Part shown: piece after piece, positions 38,581 to 51,921 of the stretch
Layout of the letters: every line of letters begins with the position of its first letter
Position numbering within the stretch: the first letter of the stretch is position 1
Assembly: GCA_032718475.1 (NCBI GenBank)
Contig: JAUCBJ010004405.1
Coordinates: 7,828-71,827, forward strand
Source of the DNA: Nemertoderma westbladi
Lineage: Eukaryota > Animalia > Xenacoelomorpha
Direction of reading: 5' to 3'
DNA length: 64,000 nt
The notes under the pieces: generated by a model
Database searches by the model: none
The model's input: the letters and a program-made list of their open reading frames with translations, nothing else
Told to the model about the DNA's origin: nothing
Program-made: the position numbers and the translations under genes

Positions 38581-40651
38581 GCTATTCCTATGGTGAAGGA
38601 GACAAATATAAAAAATCATCAGTTATTTCCTCTAAAAAGCACAAAGGAACTCCCTTTCAGCTCTTTAAGGGGAGAGTAATGAAGCTATGAAGTGGTCAGC
38701 TTGCCTGTGGCAGGTTTCTAAGCTAAGGTGGAAAAGCGATATGACAACATCAGCCTAATTAGTGGTGAGGTGAAGATGCCATGCGTAGGGGATCTGACCT
38801 GGTACACTCCAAATACCTCTGATAAGATGGATTCGGGATGGCAGGTCCACTTAGAACGGGGTTGGCCGCAATTTCAATCATTCGATGACTGCCTGACAAG
38901 CTTAACTTACAGTGCCGTATACTGCGGAGGGTCCTATCGCATACATAGGTAATGTTCTCAAATGGATTCATGTTAATAAGTCAAGAATCATAGGAAATGT
39001 AGGGGCCCCTAGGGTATCTCTACCAGTGTGTGTGTACCCAGGTGCTATATTAATATCTAGATGAAATAGCTTTGGAGGTTGGAGCATTGATCAATAATGC
39101 AATTAAATTGCCGCCATGGAGTTAGTCGTCGTTGGTAGTGAGATAGTATACAATTTGTCATGTACAATGTGTTGGGTTTTTTAAGGAAGGAGTTTTTGTA
39201 ACTAACAACATTGCACATTTTATATACACGAACAATAATTATCCTACTGAAATTTTTGAAGGCGAAATCAATGTATCCATTTATTTTCGATAGTCTGGTT
39301 TGAGTCTTTCACTCCACAAACTACAAAAAGAAATAGAATCGGGCATTAAACCCAAAAATAGTACATACTCACTAAGGCCTTCAAAACAAAACATCTCCAT
39401 GAATTCTGGGAAAGGAGCATATTATTCAAACCAAAACAAATAAACGAGAGTCAATAACAGTTTCATTGTATGATCATCAGATTTATTTAGGTAAATTTTT
39501 CCCCGGAGAGGATTCCATCTTGATTGCGTCATTACCCCCCCCCCCCCCCCCCCCCCCCCATCCTCCACCTAGCTACAATGTTTTTATTGTTGTACCAGCT
39601 TTACTCGAATTGAAGAATCTATCCCTCTCAAACACAGGTGAGATTATCAAGAAAATTATCAAATTAAATCGATAATACCAATGAGACTGATGGCATAAAT
39701 AAATATATCATATAATATTAGTTAGTGGTGTGATTGCACATCCTGTCTGTTACACATTGAATGCCTTTAGCTACAGATTTAATGCGATTTACTGCAGTAG
39801 CCCCACTACCGACATAACTAACGATTCGTTAGGCTGAGGCCAATCCGCATGTGGCAGGATGTAGCCGCACTCCTAGCACCAGTAGCAACATACCGGGTCC
39901 GGTGTGTGTCAATCCGACTCTGGCTAGCATAGCTTGGAAACCACGGAGAGGAAATCAGATTACCACAAGAGTTAAGTCAATTTGTAAAATGTATTTAGTG
40001 GCCGGTTCAAGTGAGAAAGTAAATTTAATCACGACCTTCGGGTGGCTGTGTTCGGCCGCCTCTGCTTGTATATATTGAGCTAAAAGCTCTATCTATGTTT
40101 TTCTTGCATTTAAGGTAGGTACAGTAGGAATTCCACTTTTTGTAAATTCCACTTTGGCATTCAGGTGGGATCGAGCTCTTGTACACCATGTCAGAAATCT
40201 AGCATCCCTACTACAACTATCAGCATGCTGCATTGCAGCTGCATTATATATATTACATATACATTTATAACTACTACTAATTCACTCCATGAGGTCGCCA
40301 AAGCACAAGATTATGCACTGATTAGTCCTCACGGCGAAAGCAATGTCCTGCAAAGCGGAGGTAGATCCGTTCAAGTGTCAAGCTAGGGGAGAGTAATGGA
40401 ACACCTCCAAGGTTGTATTGAGTCTGATTGGAGATGTGTTCATTGTACTTGACACAATGAACACGGTGCTCTCTTAGCAAAACATTAATTATCATTGCAT
40501 TATCAGAACTTCTTTATAACTTAATGGCTAGGCCATCCTCTCACAGGCAAGTTTTGGTGGACCGCATGTTCCGTAGCTAAACGAACTTGTATTACAAAAG
40601 TTGCTCGAGTGGTGAGGTGGGCCTTAGTAGAAGAAACATCAGGCAAAACAC

Positions 40652-41502
40652 GGATAGTTATAAAACCCGAAAAAAACGAAAAGGACGAAATTATTAACGA
40701 AAATATCGAAATTATAAAACTTTAAATAAAATCTAACTTTCCAGTGAGATCGGTATTATTAGAAGGCACACTTTACATTTTTTAATTAATAAAATCCGAT
40801 AATTTCGCCCCATTTTCGACCCTAAAAGTAATTTAATACCAAATACTGCCTCTGCTGATTGGTTGTTAGGGGTGATCCAATGATTGCAAAACACCACAAG
40901 ATGGCGCTCAAATTAGGACAGTACAGTCAGAGTGCGAGTACAGTCAGAGTACAGTTATAGCGACTGCTGGACTGCAATTCTGTAGTTACGTTCACCTGTT
41001 CACATCCGCCGCGCCGCGTCACGTGCCTGACAGTCACTGTAGGCCTACAGTGCACACCTAGGCCAGGTAGCGCTAAAGGTACCGTATGCCGTAATGCAAA
41101 CAACATTTCATATGGGAATTACATCGTTGCAGTATTGGGTTAGGGTACCGGACCGCTTCTTTCAACTTTGCCGCTTCAGGCTGTACCGTACCATATGCTT
41201 GTACTGTACAGTAATACACCAGTAGGCCCCTATACTGATCTGTTGATGCTGAGTCATTCATCCAAGCTGCCATTATTGGTCAACACCCAACAACCAACCA
41301 GTAGACAGTATTTGGTATTAAATTACTTTTAAGGTCGAAAATGGGGCGAAATTATCGGATTTTATTAATTAAAAAATGTAAAGTGTGACTTATAATTATA
41401 CTCATCTTATTGGAAAGCGAGATTTTGTAGATTGTTTGATAATTTTGATATTTTCGCTGATAAATTCGTCTTTTTCGTTATTTTCGGGTTTTACAACTAT
41501 CC
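40652..41502. mobile_element. Mutator-like (MULE) non-autonomous element
   Basis: ~200-bp imperfect TIRs (GGATAGTT.../...AACTATCC) and a perfect 9-bp target duplication GCAAAACAC (40643-40651, 41503-41511). Confidence 0.85.
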
Positions 41503-42619
41503 GCAAAACACAGCGCTGTTTTCTTGTATGAAACACTGAATTACTACAGCAACAAACTACAGGTATTACTGACAATTTTCTTATATTGTAAGATACGGTA
41601 CAATATAAAGTTGTGCAAAGTTATGTGCGTGTATGTTATTTTTCTGAGAATTTTTGATAATTATTTACGAGAGAATTTAAACGGCCCAGCCCAACAATTC
41701 AATATCATAAGGGTTGAGGAGAAATGCTATATAAAAATGACATGAATCAATTTCTAAACCAAGTTAATTAACTCAAGCTCCCATAGCTCTCAATGAAACT
41801 CTTTATGGTTATAATTGCATCATAAATCGAAGGCATGTGACTATAATGTAGATACAGTCCCACAGGAGTACCCAAGCCATTCATATATTGAATTATTAAT
41901 ATACTATTACTCAAACTGGAAACCATAAAGTCGGTTTCATTATAAGATTCCCTACTAAGGAAGTTGGCCTGGTTATTGCCTTTATAATTTATTAACTGTA
42001 AATTAATTACATCTTGCTATAAATGCATACTATGAGTAAACGTCAGTATACAATTACGTTAAATCTCTGCCAGTATAATTTCTATTTTGATTGATTTTAA
42101 TATGTTAGTGCGTGAGTGCCTGGTGAGGATGGCTTTACTGCCAATAACAACCCAGATCAGGTGCACAGGAAATTATGACTGTTTGAGATCCCAATAATGT
42201 TATCGGGCCCAGAGTTAGCAATATGGTCGGTTGGTGAGATAAATGTGATTAAAATAATATTCAAATATAATGATTTTTTTTTTACATAAATCCATATTTA
42301 TAAATTTACATTTTTTGACCTGGCCTCAACTTAAATAATCTACCTACTATATTACTGATATACTAATTAATACCAAAATTATTTTGTAGTCTTATTCTAA
42401 AATTTGTATGCATTTTAGAATTTATATTTAGAGATAGCCTGTATATCATTCGTTTAACTACCGAGAGGGAATCATGTTAGACCCCCCCCCCCCTTTTTAT
42501 CTCTCGAAAAAACTTCGTAAGATGATCTTGTTGAAACAAATTTTGAAACAAATGTTGAAACAATTCATATTTCATTTAATTATAAAAAATGTAGGTTATC
42601 CCCCCCCCCCCCCCCCCCC

Positions 42620-43030
42620 GGTAAGCAGCAATCTTTGCCCGCGAGAAAGCTTCGCCCGGAGCAATCTTCGCCCTTAAAATGAGCAACTATCGCCCGGCGG
42701 AAACCTTCGCCCGCAGGCAATCTTCGCCCCTGAGCAACCTTCGCCCAATAAACAATTATTGTTTTGGTTAGAATAACCCATCTCTGTAACCTGCTCCTTT
42801 CCCTCAATAAGTAACACCATCGTTTATTGTTTTGGTTAGAAAAAGCCTTCTCTGTATCCTGCTCCTTTCCCTCAATTTGTTACTCAAATGGTTACTAACA
42901 CAAATCTTATTGGACGAAGGTTGCTCGCGGGCGAAGATTGCCTTGCGGGCGAAGGTTCCACCGGGCGAAGGTTGTATGCGGGCGCAGATTGGACGCGGGC
43001 GAAGGTTGTACGTGGGCGAAGATTGCACCC
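42620..43030. mobile_element. Foldback-type MITE with repetitive inverted arms
   Basis: Left arm of GCAA(T/C)CTTCGCCC repeats and right arm of GGGCGAAG(A/G)TTG repeats; target duplication not resolved. Confidence 0.65.
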
Positions 43031-43776
43031 AACCCCCCCTCCCCTTAATTCTTTTGACTGAATATAATTTAAGATAATTTTTTGTTTTTATTACTTTAGT
43101 AGGAGTATATAATACAATAGTATTCCATATTATATACAGACTAAATATAGAAGTTTTTTTTTTTTTTTTAATATCCACAGAAGAGTAGGGAACAACGTCA
43201 TATTAAATGCGCGGTTCACCACTTTAAACTAATTATTGACTTTATTCCCCGGGGTTCTATATAAAAAATGGATAGCCACATGGCGCCAATATATGAGTAC
43301 CAGCGTGTATGTAGGGAGGTATGTGCAGTCAGCTAGTAGTAGTAAGTAGTATATCCTGTACGGTAATGTATAACACGTTATTGGTGGTGATGGACCAGCA
43401 TGCAGGATGCCTGTACAGTAATTTGCATTGGTAATTTGCTCTCTCGGGCCCTGTAAAGAGAGCTACTTGGTCAAACCTTGCATCTATCTATCTATCACAT
43501 GGTTAAAGAAGCAACCTAGTCCGCAGTCCATTTTCAACGTAATATTTTTGTAATATATGAAGATAAAAATATATAAAAATTATATGGAGATGAAATAAGG
43601 GCCTAAATCTTTCTATCATATTTTTTTATATTTACATTATTCTATAATTTTTCATATTTTCTTCACATGTAAAGGATTCACAAGGAGCATAATAACCCTT
43701 TTCCTATAAATAATAGGAAAATGATTAAAACTTTTTGTGAGAAGGAAATAATTGACATATTTTATATAGCTTCACC

Positions 43777-43966
43777 ATGTTACTATTGGGTATTGTTCTA
43801 TTTGCAGGGTTTTCGGTTGCCCATAGCAACTCTATGCTCAAGTTAGCCCCAGCATTTGCTGTAAAAGATGTTGGTGAGGACATTGTCATGACTTGTACAT
43901 GGTTTGGTTCGGGACGACCAATCAAATTCACTTGGGAATCTCCTAATGGTGATGAAATCGATACAG
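43777..43966 (+). CDS. NCAM/Fasciclin-II-like IgSF gene, exon: signal peptide and first half of Ig1
   Basis: MLLLGIVLFAGFSVAHS (signal-like; ACCATG context), then VGEDIVMTC...FTWESPNG; phase-1 donor AG|GTGGGT. An alternative acceptor TTTGCAG|43808 is possible. Confidence 0.8.
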
Positions 43967-44039
43967 GTGGGTGACATCTATTATCTATTCTGTAACTTTT
44001 GTTGGGCGCAGCTTTGCAAAGTCGACAATGACGTCCATG

Positions 44040-44100
44040 TGGGATCGAACTGGTGACCTCAGTTTGGAAGTCTGACGCTCTAACGTTTGAGCTAGCGGCT
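44040..44100 (-). mobile_element. tRNA-derived SINE head fragment
   Basis: GCCGCTAGCTCAAACGTTAGAGCG...CAGTTCGATCCC. Confidence 0.55.
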
Positions 44101-46051
44101 ATAAGCGGTAAAAGAAAGACTTGGAAATACTACGACCTGATACCTTGTATGTCCGAAATTTACCTCCTCATGGCTTCCCATCTGTCAATACCATATTCCA
44201 CTGCCACTGTGCTCAATCCTACTGTACTTGGCCGTCTTTAACCACTCGCTTGAGAATCGCCTGAGCAATATTATGTTAACAATAAACATAAACAATGATA
44301 CAGTATGTGGCTTCTATCTATAAAAAATAACTTCACCTGGTCTACTACAATATTAAAAAGCTCGTTCCTATTTTCTGCAGCAATAGGCCTTCTTGATAAT
44401 TTGACGTAAAAAAAGTCATCTTCTTAAAGCAACTTTTAGTTCCGCTCTGCCTCCCATAAGGTTTAAGGCGTTACAACCACATTATTTCTCTAGCGTTTTG
44501 TACTTATTACCATTTCATAGATGAGGTACTTACTCTCCCAGGGGTATAGATTAAACCAGTCATCTCCCCCTGTTACAGCTGCTAATTATTCCACACTGTT
44601 GCATAGCATTCACTCTAGTTAGCCATATCTATGCTAATAAGCTTCTCTGTGCTAAATACCCCACCTGGGGGCCTATTATTATAAACTATCTGTCCCAACA
44701 TTTTATATTCTGATCAAGTTGGATATGCCATCCATCACTTTTGCAAGTACATTGTACACTTTAGTATGGTAAAGGAAGAATATGTTGGGTGGTATATCAT
44801 AATATATAATTTATAAGAAAGTTTGTGAGTTTAAATATATCGGTGTTTTGGAAAGAATAGATCATAAGATAAGGTTGACTATCTATCCCTGTATCCATTG
44901 CTGAATATATTCAGAAATAGTTTTATTTTGAATAAATGATTCATCAATTGTTTAATCCCCTCGGGTATTTATCATCAACCTTGACTAACCTATCTGTTAT
45001 TAATATATATGGTTTACTCTCGAGGTTTTATTGACTTGTCAGTTTGTACTCAGTAAGGTGTTATTCATAAACCCACATATTCTAAAGAGTGCCTCCTAAT
45101 CTGAAAGATTAAAGTAGATCTAAATCCGAAATGTTTTGTTGAAAACATTCTGTAAGCCTGTTTATAACTAACTACAGGAATATAAAGTTAGACCACTTTT
45201 AACTATAATTTATGTTGCCCTTTTATCTAAATAAATACACTGTACCTTAAATTTGGTAAATGTAGGCAACAAAATCCAAAAATCACAGTAACCATTGGTG
45301 CGCACTCCAGCTTAGAGCTGTAATATAGTGGTGGACGATTAGGAGTAAAGACATATTATATGCTGTACAACGGTAACGGTACCGGTACCGCGGTAGTAAT
45401 CTGATTCTTTATTAATAATAATGCAGATTCTGCTATCGAATTCAGCATTCCAGCACGCCCGCAACGCCCTCATATACATTCCTTTTTGTCAGTAATCATT
45501 CACCCTACCTCATTAGATATTATATACAATGGAAAACACGTAACCTGCCCTTAACCTATTCTACACAATTGGCCTACAGTTTAGGCTTACAGCAGAATCG
45601 TGATATCTGTATATTTCCTGTAGATCTCGAAATCAATCAAGGCAAGGACATACTTAAATTCATGTATTAAAATTTGTGATTCGATATTTTGGTTTTTCAG
45701 ACTTACTATTTATTTTATATTCGACATTTTGAATTTTGATATCTTTTGGGTTTCGATATTTTGTTAGCTTTTCTTACTTCTGTAGACAAATTTTAATAAT
45801 TAACAATTTTGGGACTGTTTGTTAGTGTTAATGCGCTCCGTTTAGCAGTATTGCTTTCATAAATTATCAATGTACCAATATATCGATATCTATTTCCACA
45901 AATTAGACTTTTCCTATTAGACTTGAAATTATGCATGACTTACTTGAGTATATGAATAACAATTGGTAAGCCGTGTTTTGTCCGTTTGTGACCATAAAAC
46001 ACTAGACATTTATTTATTCAAAACGATGAATCAAAAAAGGTTAAAAAATTT

Positions 46052-46653
46052 AATTCCCTGAAATTATTAGGTCATGTAATTTGTAACTTTTATGGTGGGT
46101 TGAGAGATGGTTATTATATGATTGTTTCATTAATATATTATCATAAATAGTGCTGGGAAAAAATTAATGTAAGTTTGATCTGGGTGCCCCCCCCCCCCCC
46201 CCCGTCTAGATTGTTATTGAAAAGAAGCTAAAATTCCAATAGTTATTTTATCGATATATAAAAACTCTGCCTTAGCCATTCCTTAGTATGTTTGTGAGTT
46301 GCGGAAAATAACTCCTAACGTTTATTATTGTGTTATAAAAACTAAATGAAAATTCCCTGAAATTATTAGGTCATGTAATTTGTAACTTTTATGGTGGGTT
46401 GAGAGATGGTTATTATATGATTGTTTCATTAATATATTATCATAAATAGTGCTGGGAAAAAATTAATGTAAGTTTGATCTGGGTGCCCCCCCCCCCCCCC
46501 CCCCCCGTCTAGATTGTTATTGAAAAGAAGCTAAAATTCCAGTAGTTATTTTATCGATATATAAAAACTCTGCCTTAGCCATTCCTTAGTATGTTTGTGA
46601 GTTGCGGAAAATAACTCCTAACGTTTATTATTGTGTTATAAAAACTAAATGAA
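46052..46653. repeat. ~300-bp near-perfect tandem duplication
   Basis: 46052-46350 repeats from 46351, differing mainly in poly-C length. Confidence 0.95.
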
Positions 46654-47813
46654 GAGTTATTATTATTCATTATGTGTGCTTCCCCTACTGTGCCATGCTG
46701 CATGTTGTGGATACAGCATGCCACCACCAGCTGCTATCGTCAGAAAATACCTCAATAAAACCAACTAATTAGATGATGGTATACTGAACTAGTTTGGCTA
46801 TAAAAACGGATGTGCAAATAGAATCCATTGGGTACTTATTAGGATCCATGGGTGGTGATCCACTGTAATGAATGTTAATACATACACTAGTTAAACAAAC
46901 CTTCCTTTCAAAAACTAATTAAAATTCGAATACACTAAATCGCAAAATGATAATATCATATGATGTTATTATAGAAGAAGCGTAAACACTGGTTATAGTT
47001 TCATTTTTTTAGATTTTGTTTGTTCGATTAACCCCCTCCCCTTAAGTTTTGTGTATATATATCATCCAAAATATTGTTAATGTCAGAGTTTTCTAACCAG
47101 AACAATAAACAAAACTTTATTTAATATGGTAACAATTTACCTGGAGATCGCTTTTTCAATTGCTGTCAATGTGCGATTAATTTGATAGAAATCTTTAGGC
47201 CTATATTAGAAACGAAACCCAAATAGCTGTGGACCGGTTTAACACATCTGACTGCCTAAATTATTCTTGGAACATTTTATTAGAATAATGTGAAATAAAG
47301 TGGAATGATTTTGTCTAATTGGCAATAAAAATCCAATAATTGAGTCCTAAGATAGATGAGAGATAACTGTAAGCTTTTCGGGACACTTTAGTTTTAGGAT
47401 AAATCTTAGTTAGTTAGGTTAATTTGGACAATTTAGTTATTCATATTGATGGCGATTTACAATCTTGTTTACTAAACTATCACTTTTTGTAACCGTGGGA
47501 ATACTCCGTGAACAAAATTCTGCCCAACGTTATCACGTAATATGTAATCCTCCCAAATTTCTATGGTGGGGATTCCGTGACAATAATTTGGTCTACTTGT
47601 ATTTGGAACTTGAATTTATAAACAAGTTTTACAATATTAATTTTCAAAAGATTTAGGACTTATTATGTAGCTGGTGTACATGAATCAAATAATGTGTAAA
47701 TTAGTACAAAACAATGAATGAAATAGAATTTGGATTTTATGTTCAAAATATACAATTTTCAGGGAATTTTGAATTAGCCTATATGAGGAACTTATTTATT
47801 TTCCTTATATTAG

Positions 47814-47960
47814 GTGGCCGGTTTCGAGTTGTTGACTCAGGGTCCAGTATTCAGCTTTATATCAACAATGTGGTACTGGAAGACAACAAGATTTACACTT
47901 GTAGAGTTGTTACTGAAGAAGATGTTCACATCACCAAGGAGTCAACACTGAACGTTAAAG
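47814..47960 (+). CDS. NCAM/Fas2-like gene, exon: second half of Ig1
   Basis: TAG| ... |GTAACC, phase 1-1, 147 nt; GRFRVVDSGSSIQLYINNVVLEDNKIYTCRV (Ig E and F strands, DxxxYxC). Confidence 0.9.
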
Positions 47961-48632
47961 GTAACCAGCTGTAAGATCTATTGTATAGTATTTTTGCGTG
48001 ATATTTTCGGATATTTACATATTTTGAATTTTATTTAGTTAGGCTATAATTTCACAGTTTGATTAATTGTGATTCAATGCAGTGTGAACGATGTATGACA
48101 TGTTAAACTTACCAGTAAATGCAATTTGCTATCTGAGGGGTTTGTCGCATGTAATTTTTTTTACTACAGGTAGGCCTATAATTTCAGATTTTTCTTCCAA
48201 AAAAAACATTTACAAAAGTCTGCTGATGAAAATCGGCTTAATTCATTTTCGTTTTCAAAAAAAAATTGTAATATAATGGTGTAAAATTCTCAAGTTGTAT
48301 ATTAGGAATTGAACATTAAATTAGAAAGCGTGAGTTATTAGTTCTTAGTAAGTATTAGTAAGTAATTAGTAATATAAAGTAAGTAACTAGTAATTAGTAA
48401 GTACTAATAACTGAATCCATCAAGGTTTATAGGACTTAAGTATTCGAATTACCAGTACCGGTTGCAACAAAATAATAACAAAGACTTATTAGAAATACAG
48501 TAAAAGAAAATGGAATCTTGAATGCTATTCTACATTATTAATAAAATAATGTTTTTTCACATTATTTCCAAAATGTATTACTAATACATTATTATTATAT
48601 TATTGCAGTTATTCAACAATATTTATTTATAA

Positions 48633-48862
48633 ATTATTAAGTAATTTAAACAGGTCTTAGAATGATCCAACTCTATAGCAAATGGAGCGGAAAAATGAAT
48701 TCGCCACCAGCCATTGCCTCTATGGTATGGTGTAGTGGTCAGCATGCCTGAACGTTTATATGGAGACGCGGGTTCGATCCCCGCTGGTGGCGAATTCATT
48801 TTTTCCGCTCCATTTGCTACAGAGTTGGATCATCCTAATTTATATTTAAGTTACTTAATAAT
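48633..48862 (+). mobile_element. Small foldback element with a tRNA-like centre
   Basis: ~79-bp inverted arms (48633-48711 / 48783-48862) around TGGTGTAGTGG (A box) and GGTTCGATCCC (B box). Confidence 0.75.
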
Positions 48863-48936
48863 CTATACAATCTATGGATGTTAAACATATAAACAATAAG
48901 ATTTATTTAAACTATATTTAATTTAAACTATTACAG

Positions 48937-49083
48937 TTCCGGTATCAATTTACAACGCCCCTCGAAGACAGGGTATACTGAAGGGATCAGATGACGTCAT
49001 AGAGTGCCAGGCCAAGGGAAGTGATAACGTTGAGGTCAAATGGTTCAAAGGAGCTACAGCTAACGAGTTGGATGTAATACAAA
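48937..49083 (+). CDS. NCAM/Fas2-like gene, exon: first half of Ig2 (absent from the ORF track)
   Basis: TTACAG| ... |GTAAGT, phase 1-1, 147 nt; VPVSIYNAPRRQGILKGSDDVIECQAKGSDNVEVKWFK, matching the NAPxxQ...G...C...W pattern of NCAM/Fas2 Ig2. Confidence 0.9.
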
Positions 49084-49133
49084 GTAAGTTCGATATCACT
49101 GTACATCTACTGAGAGTTACATTCATTCAGTTT

Positions 49134-50319
49134 TGTTCGCGCTTTCAGACCTTTGGCAGTTTAACCCGCCAAATTAGGATGTCTTCTAGATAATAATTCG
49201 CTTTTAGCCTATGACAAGTATTTGATTCACTACACTAGTCGAAACCAATCTGTGCGCGATCATTCACCCGCTGGATATACCCGGGAGATTGGGTTCGACG
49301 GCTTAATCGTATTGCTATGTAGGCCTAATGTATTATTCGACTGACAGTATTATATAATCTCTGACAATATTATTCACCTTCGGGAAATATTAACAGTTCC
49401 TTTAGGACGTGGCGCTCTACCTATATAAACAGAGTCATGACTTAAACTACTCACAACGATATGGCTTAGTTACAATTCACATATATGGCGCATTCTTTAG
49501 GAAATGCTTCGTTATCAGTCTCACTAATACACAATGCTGCACAATACTGCACACTAATCTGCCGATCTTCACTGATTTTAGTCACATATAAAAGGAACAC
49601 GGACCGAATCATGTAGGGTCTATCAAATAACATTAGATTCACTTCAAACCACTTTAACATAAGTCACAATCGTTATATGTAACCTTTCTCTCTTACCTTC
49701 GGTACATCAAGAATATTGGGTTTTCGGGGTTATTTATCGTTATTCCAAATATAATAATTCATCAACCATATTATGAAGAACTGACAGTAAATAGCAGTAT
49801 AACAATATAAAAGTATGCACAGGTTGTTTGATTAGGTATGGTATGTTATGTTTAGTTGAGTTGAGATAACGGATATATGTCCTTATAATTAAGCCTACTA
49901 GTGTAAGACTAAAAACTGAAAACACGGAGGTGCCAAAAGCCGGTTCTTAGGCTCTGGGCAAAAACATACCACTGAACTACTGAGCCTCTGTATACACCTC
50001 CAACACAGAGACAACAAACGCTCTGATTGGTCAACCGAACAACGAGAGAACAAAGAAACAAAGAAACGTCGACGTGGCAATATCAGCTGTTAGCCATCGT
50101 CATGGTAGCGACACTGTTTTCAAGAGTATCTAGCTTATCGCGTCACGAGATTGTGGATTATGTCCTCTAAAGTACAAATACAGTACAAATACATAAGAAA
50201 TGACTTTTATGTCCTCTAAAACACCAGTACAGCAAGGACACGGCCTTTTTATGCCTGGCAAACCAACTACAGAGTACTTTAAGGGAAAATAACCGGTTAA
50301 TGACGCAAAAGCTTTTACA
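49134..50319 (-). repeat. 3' LTR of element C
   Basis: Direct repeat of 60650-61835; two mismatches noticed (49296/60812, 49969/61485). Confidence 0.98.
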
Positions 50320-50327
50320 CCGCTCCC
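50320..50327 (-). promoter_or_regulatory. Short polypurine-tract candidate
   Basis: GGGAGCGG immediately before TGTAAAAGC of the 3' LTR on the minus strand. Confidence 0.65.
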
Positions 50328-50790
50328 AGAAAATGGGATTTAAGTCTATAAAATATAACAAATCACAGTTTCTAAAATATAAAAATACTCTAAACAGTTA
50401 GTCTTTCTTACGCAGACGGCGTTTACGCAGTTTTTTGAGGCTAGCAAGAGTCCTTTTCTCTTTGGGGGGAGCCACTTTACTAGGAGGGCCATAACTCCTG
50501 GGTGAAGGGTGCAATATGATTGCATCAGAAGGTGTAGGATTATGGTCGAGGTATCTGCCGTTTCGATATGCTTCTCCTCGAGCTGATTTTCCTCCGCTCG
50601 TAGCTGGATACGTTCATCCAAAAACTCTCGCAGAGAATGGGGTTGTCTAAGTGCGATATCTTCTTAGAGATTCTGGATTTCACAATCGAACTGAGATAAA
50701 GACAATTCGTTTATCGCTTGGACTTGCTGTTACAACTTACGTTTATCTGAACAAACGTAGGTTTCCTTTCTGATCTTTGTAGAATAGCGT

Positions 50791-51921
50791 TTAACTGGTT
50801 TGGTACAACGTTCTCCGCCACTCTGGTGACAGGTTATATCGTGTCAAGCCGGGACGATGGTAAGGGTTAAACGGCGATATTAAATGTCCGCGTCCCAATC
50901 CGGCTAGGTAGGATGGGCTAATATCTAAGAAACCCACAACTGGGGTGCCACCGACTAATCGTTCAGGTAACACTAGATCTTTGAGCAGTGAGTACAGCTC
51001 GGGAGGATCCGTCATACTAATAGGATCAAGAGTCTGAGGCCTCACTAGGGAATGAGGAGCTCTGATCGAGTATTCCGAAACTCTGATCATTGGTTTATTT
51101 AAGGATCGTCTGAGTCGAACGAGCGTAGGTGATACATTGAACAAGTTTCGCTCGAAACTCCCGTAAGTATAGCGAGTAAAACCGTGTTTAAAGCAACGTC
51201 TCCGCGGATGTTTATGTCTTTCCGTTTGTTGGTTGGGTCTTGGGCATTCATCGCAATAATACCCAAAAACGTACGTCTTGTAGGGGAAACGCGAGTGATC
51301 TTTCTCCAGCTTACAATATTCCTCCATCCGTTCGAAGCTATTCGGTACAACAGGTAGCGGTCGATCGGCGGTAAGATACATCATAGGGGAATCGAGCCGT
51401 TTGAGTTCTACCATGCGGTCATGATGTATACCTTGAGGATATCGAGTTTCTAGATTTTGTTGACTGGCAATATTGAGATATGTTTCTATCAGGAATTCCA
51501 GATAATCGTTGAAGTCGCTGCGTTTATCCGGCTCCTCAACGTCTTCTCTTTCGAGTCTGTTTCGAATAGAATTCTCGTGTTCCATTCTCGGTTTATCGTT
51601 CCGCCTCCGCTGGGTAGGATATTTCAATCGTACCATTTCCCTTTTGGTGTCGACATTGTCCGTATCGTGTAAATCGATAGGATGACCAGTAGTTAAGAAG
51701 TCCACATACGTACCATTACGATGCGTATAGCGAGCGGTGAATTTCTTATAGTCCAACTCACGCGTGAGCTGCTCTTGGGACATTGGCGGTTCGATATAAC
51801 GATCATCGTCCTCCGCAGCAGTTGGACCAGCGTCGCCGTGTATCAAGCTATCAACAAACGCTTGTAAAGGTAGAGTATATCGCTCCCTGATACCAAGATC
51901 ATCTTCTATCAACTCAATCAT
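50791..51921 (-). CDS. Extra 376-aa ORF of unknown function between pol and the 3' LTR
   Basis: Uninterrupted ORF in element sense, GC-richer than its flanks; CDEC-x9-HxH-x4-CxxH cluster; no signal peptide or transmembrane segment. Confidence 0.75.
   Translation of the reverse strand: MIELIEDDLGIRERYTLPLQAFVDSLIHGDAGPTAAEDDDRYIEPPMSQEQLTRELDYKKFTARYTHRNGTYVDFLTTGHPIDLHDTDNVDTKREMVRLKYPTQRRRNDKPRMEHENSIRNRLEREDVEEPDKRSDFNDYLEFLIETYLNIASQQNLETRYPQGIHHDRMVELKRLDSPMMYLTADRPLPVVPNSFERMEEYCKLEKDHSRFPYKTYVFGYYCDECPRPNQQTERHKHPRRRCFKHGFTRYTYGSFERNLFNVSPTLVRLRRSLNKPMIRVSEYSIRAPHSLVRPQTLDPISMTDPPELYSLLKDLVLPERLVGGTPVVGFLDISPSYLAGLGRGHLISPFNPYHRPGLTRYNLSPEWRRTLYQTS

Noticed and set aside
50791-51921. 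Calling the extra ORF env
   Set aside because: No signal peptide, transmembrane anchor or glycoprotein-like Cys pattern.
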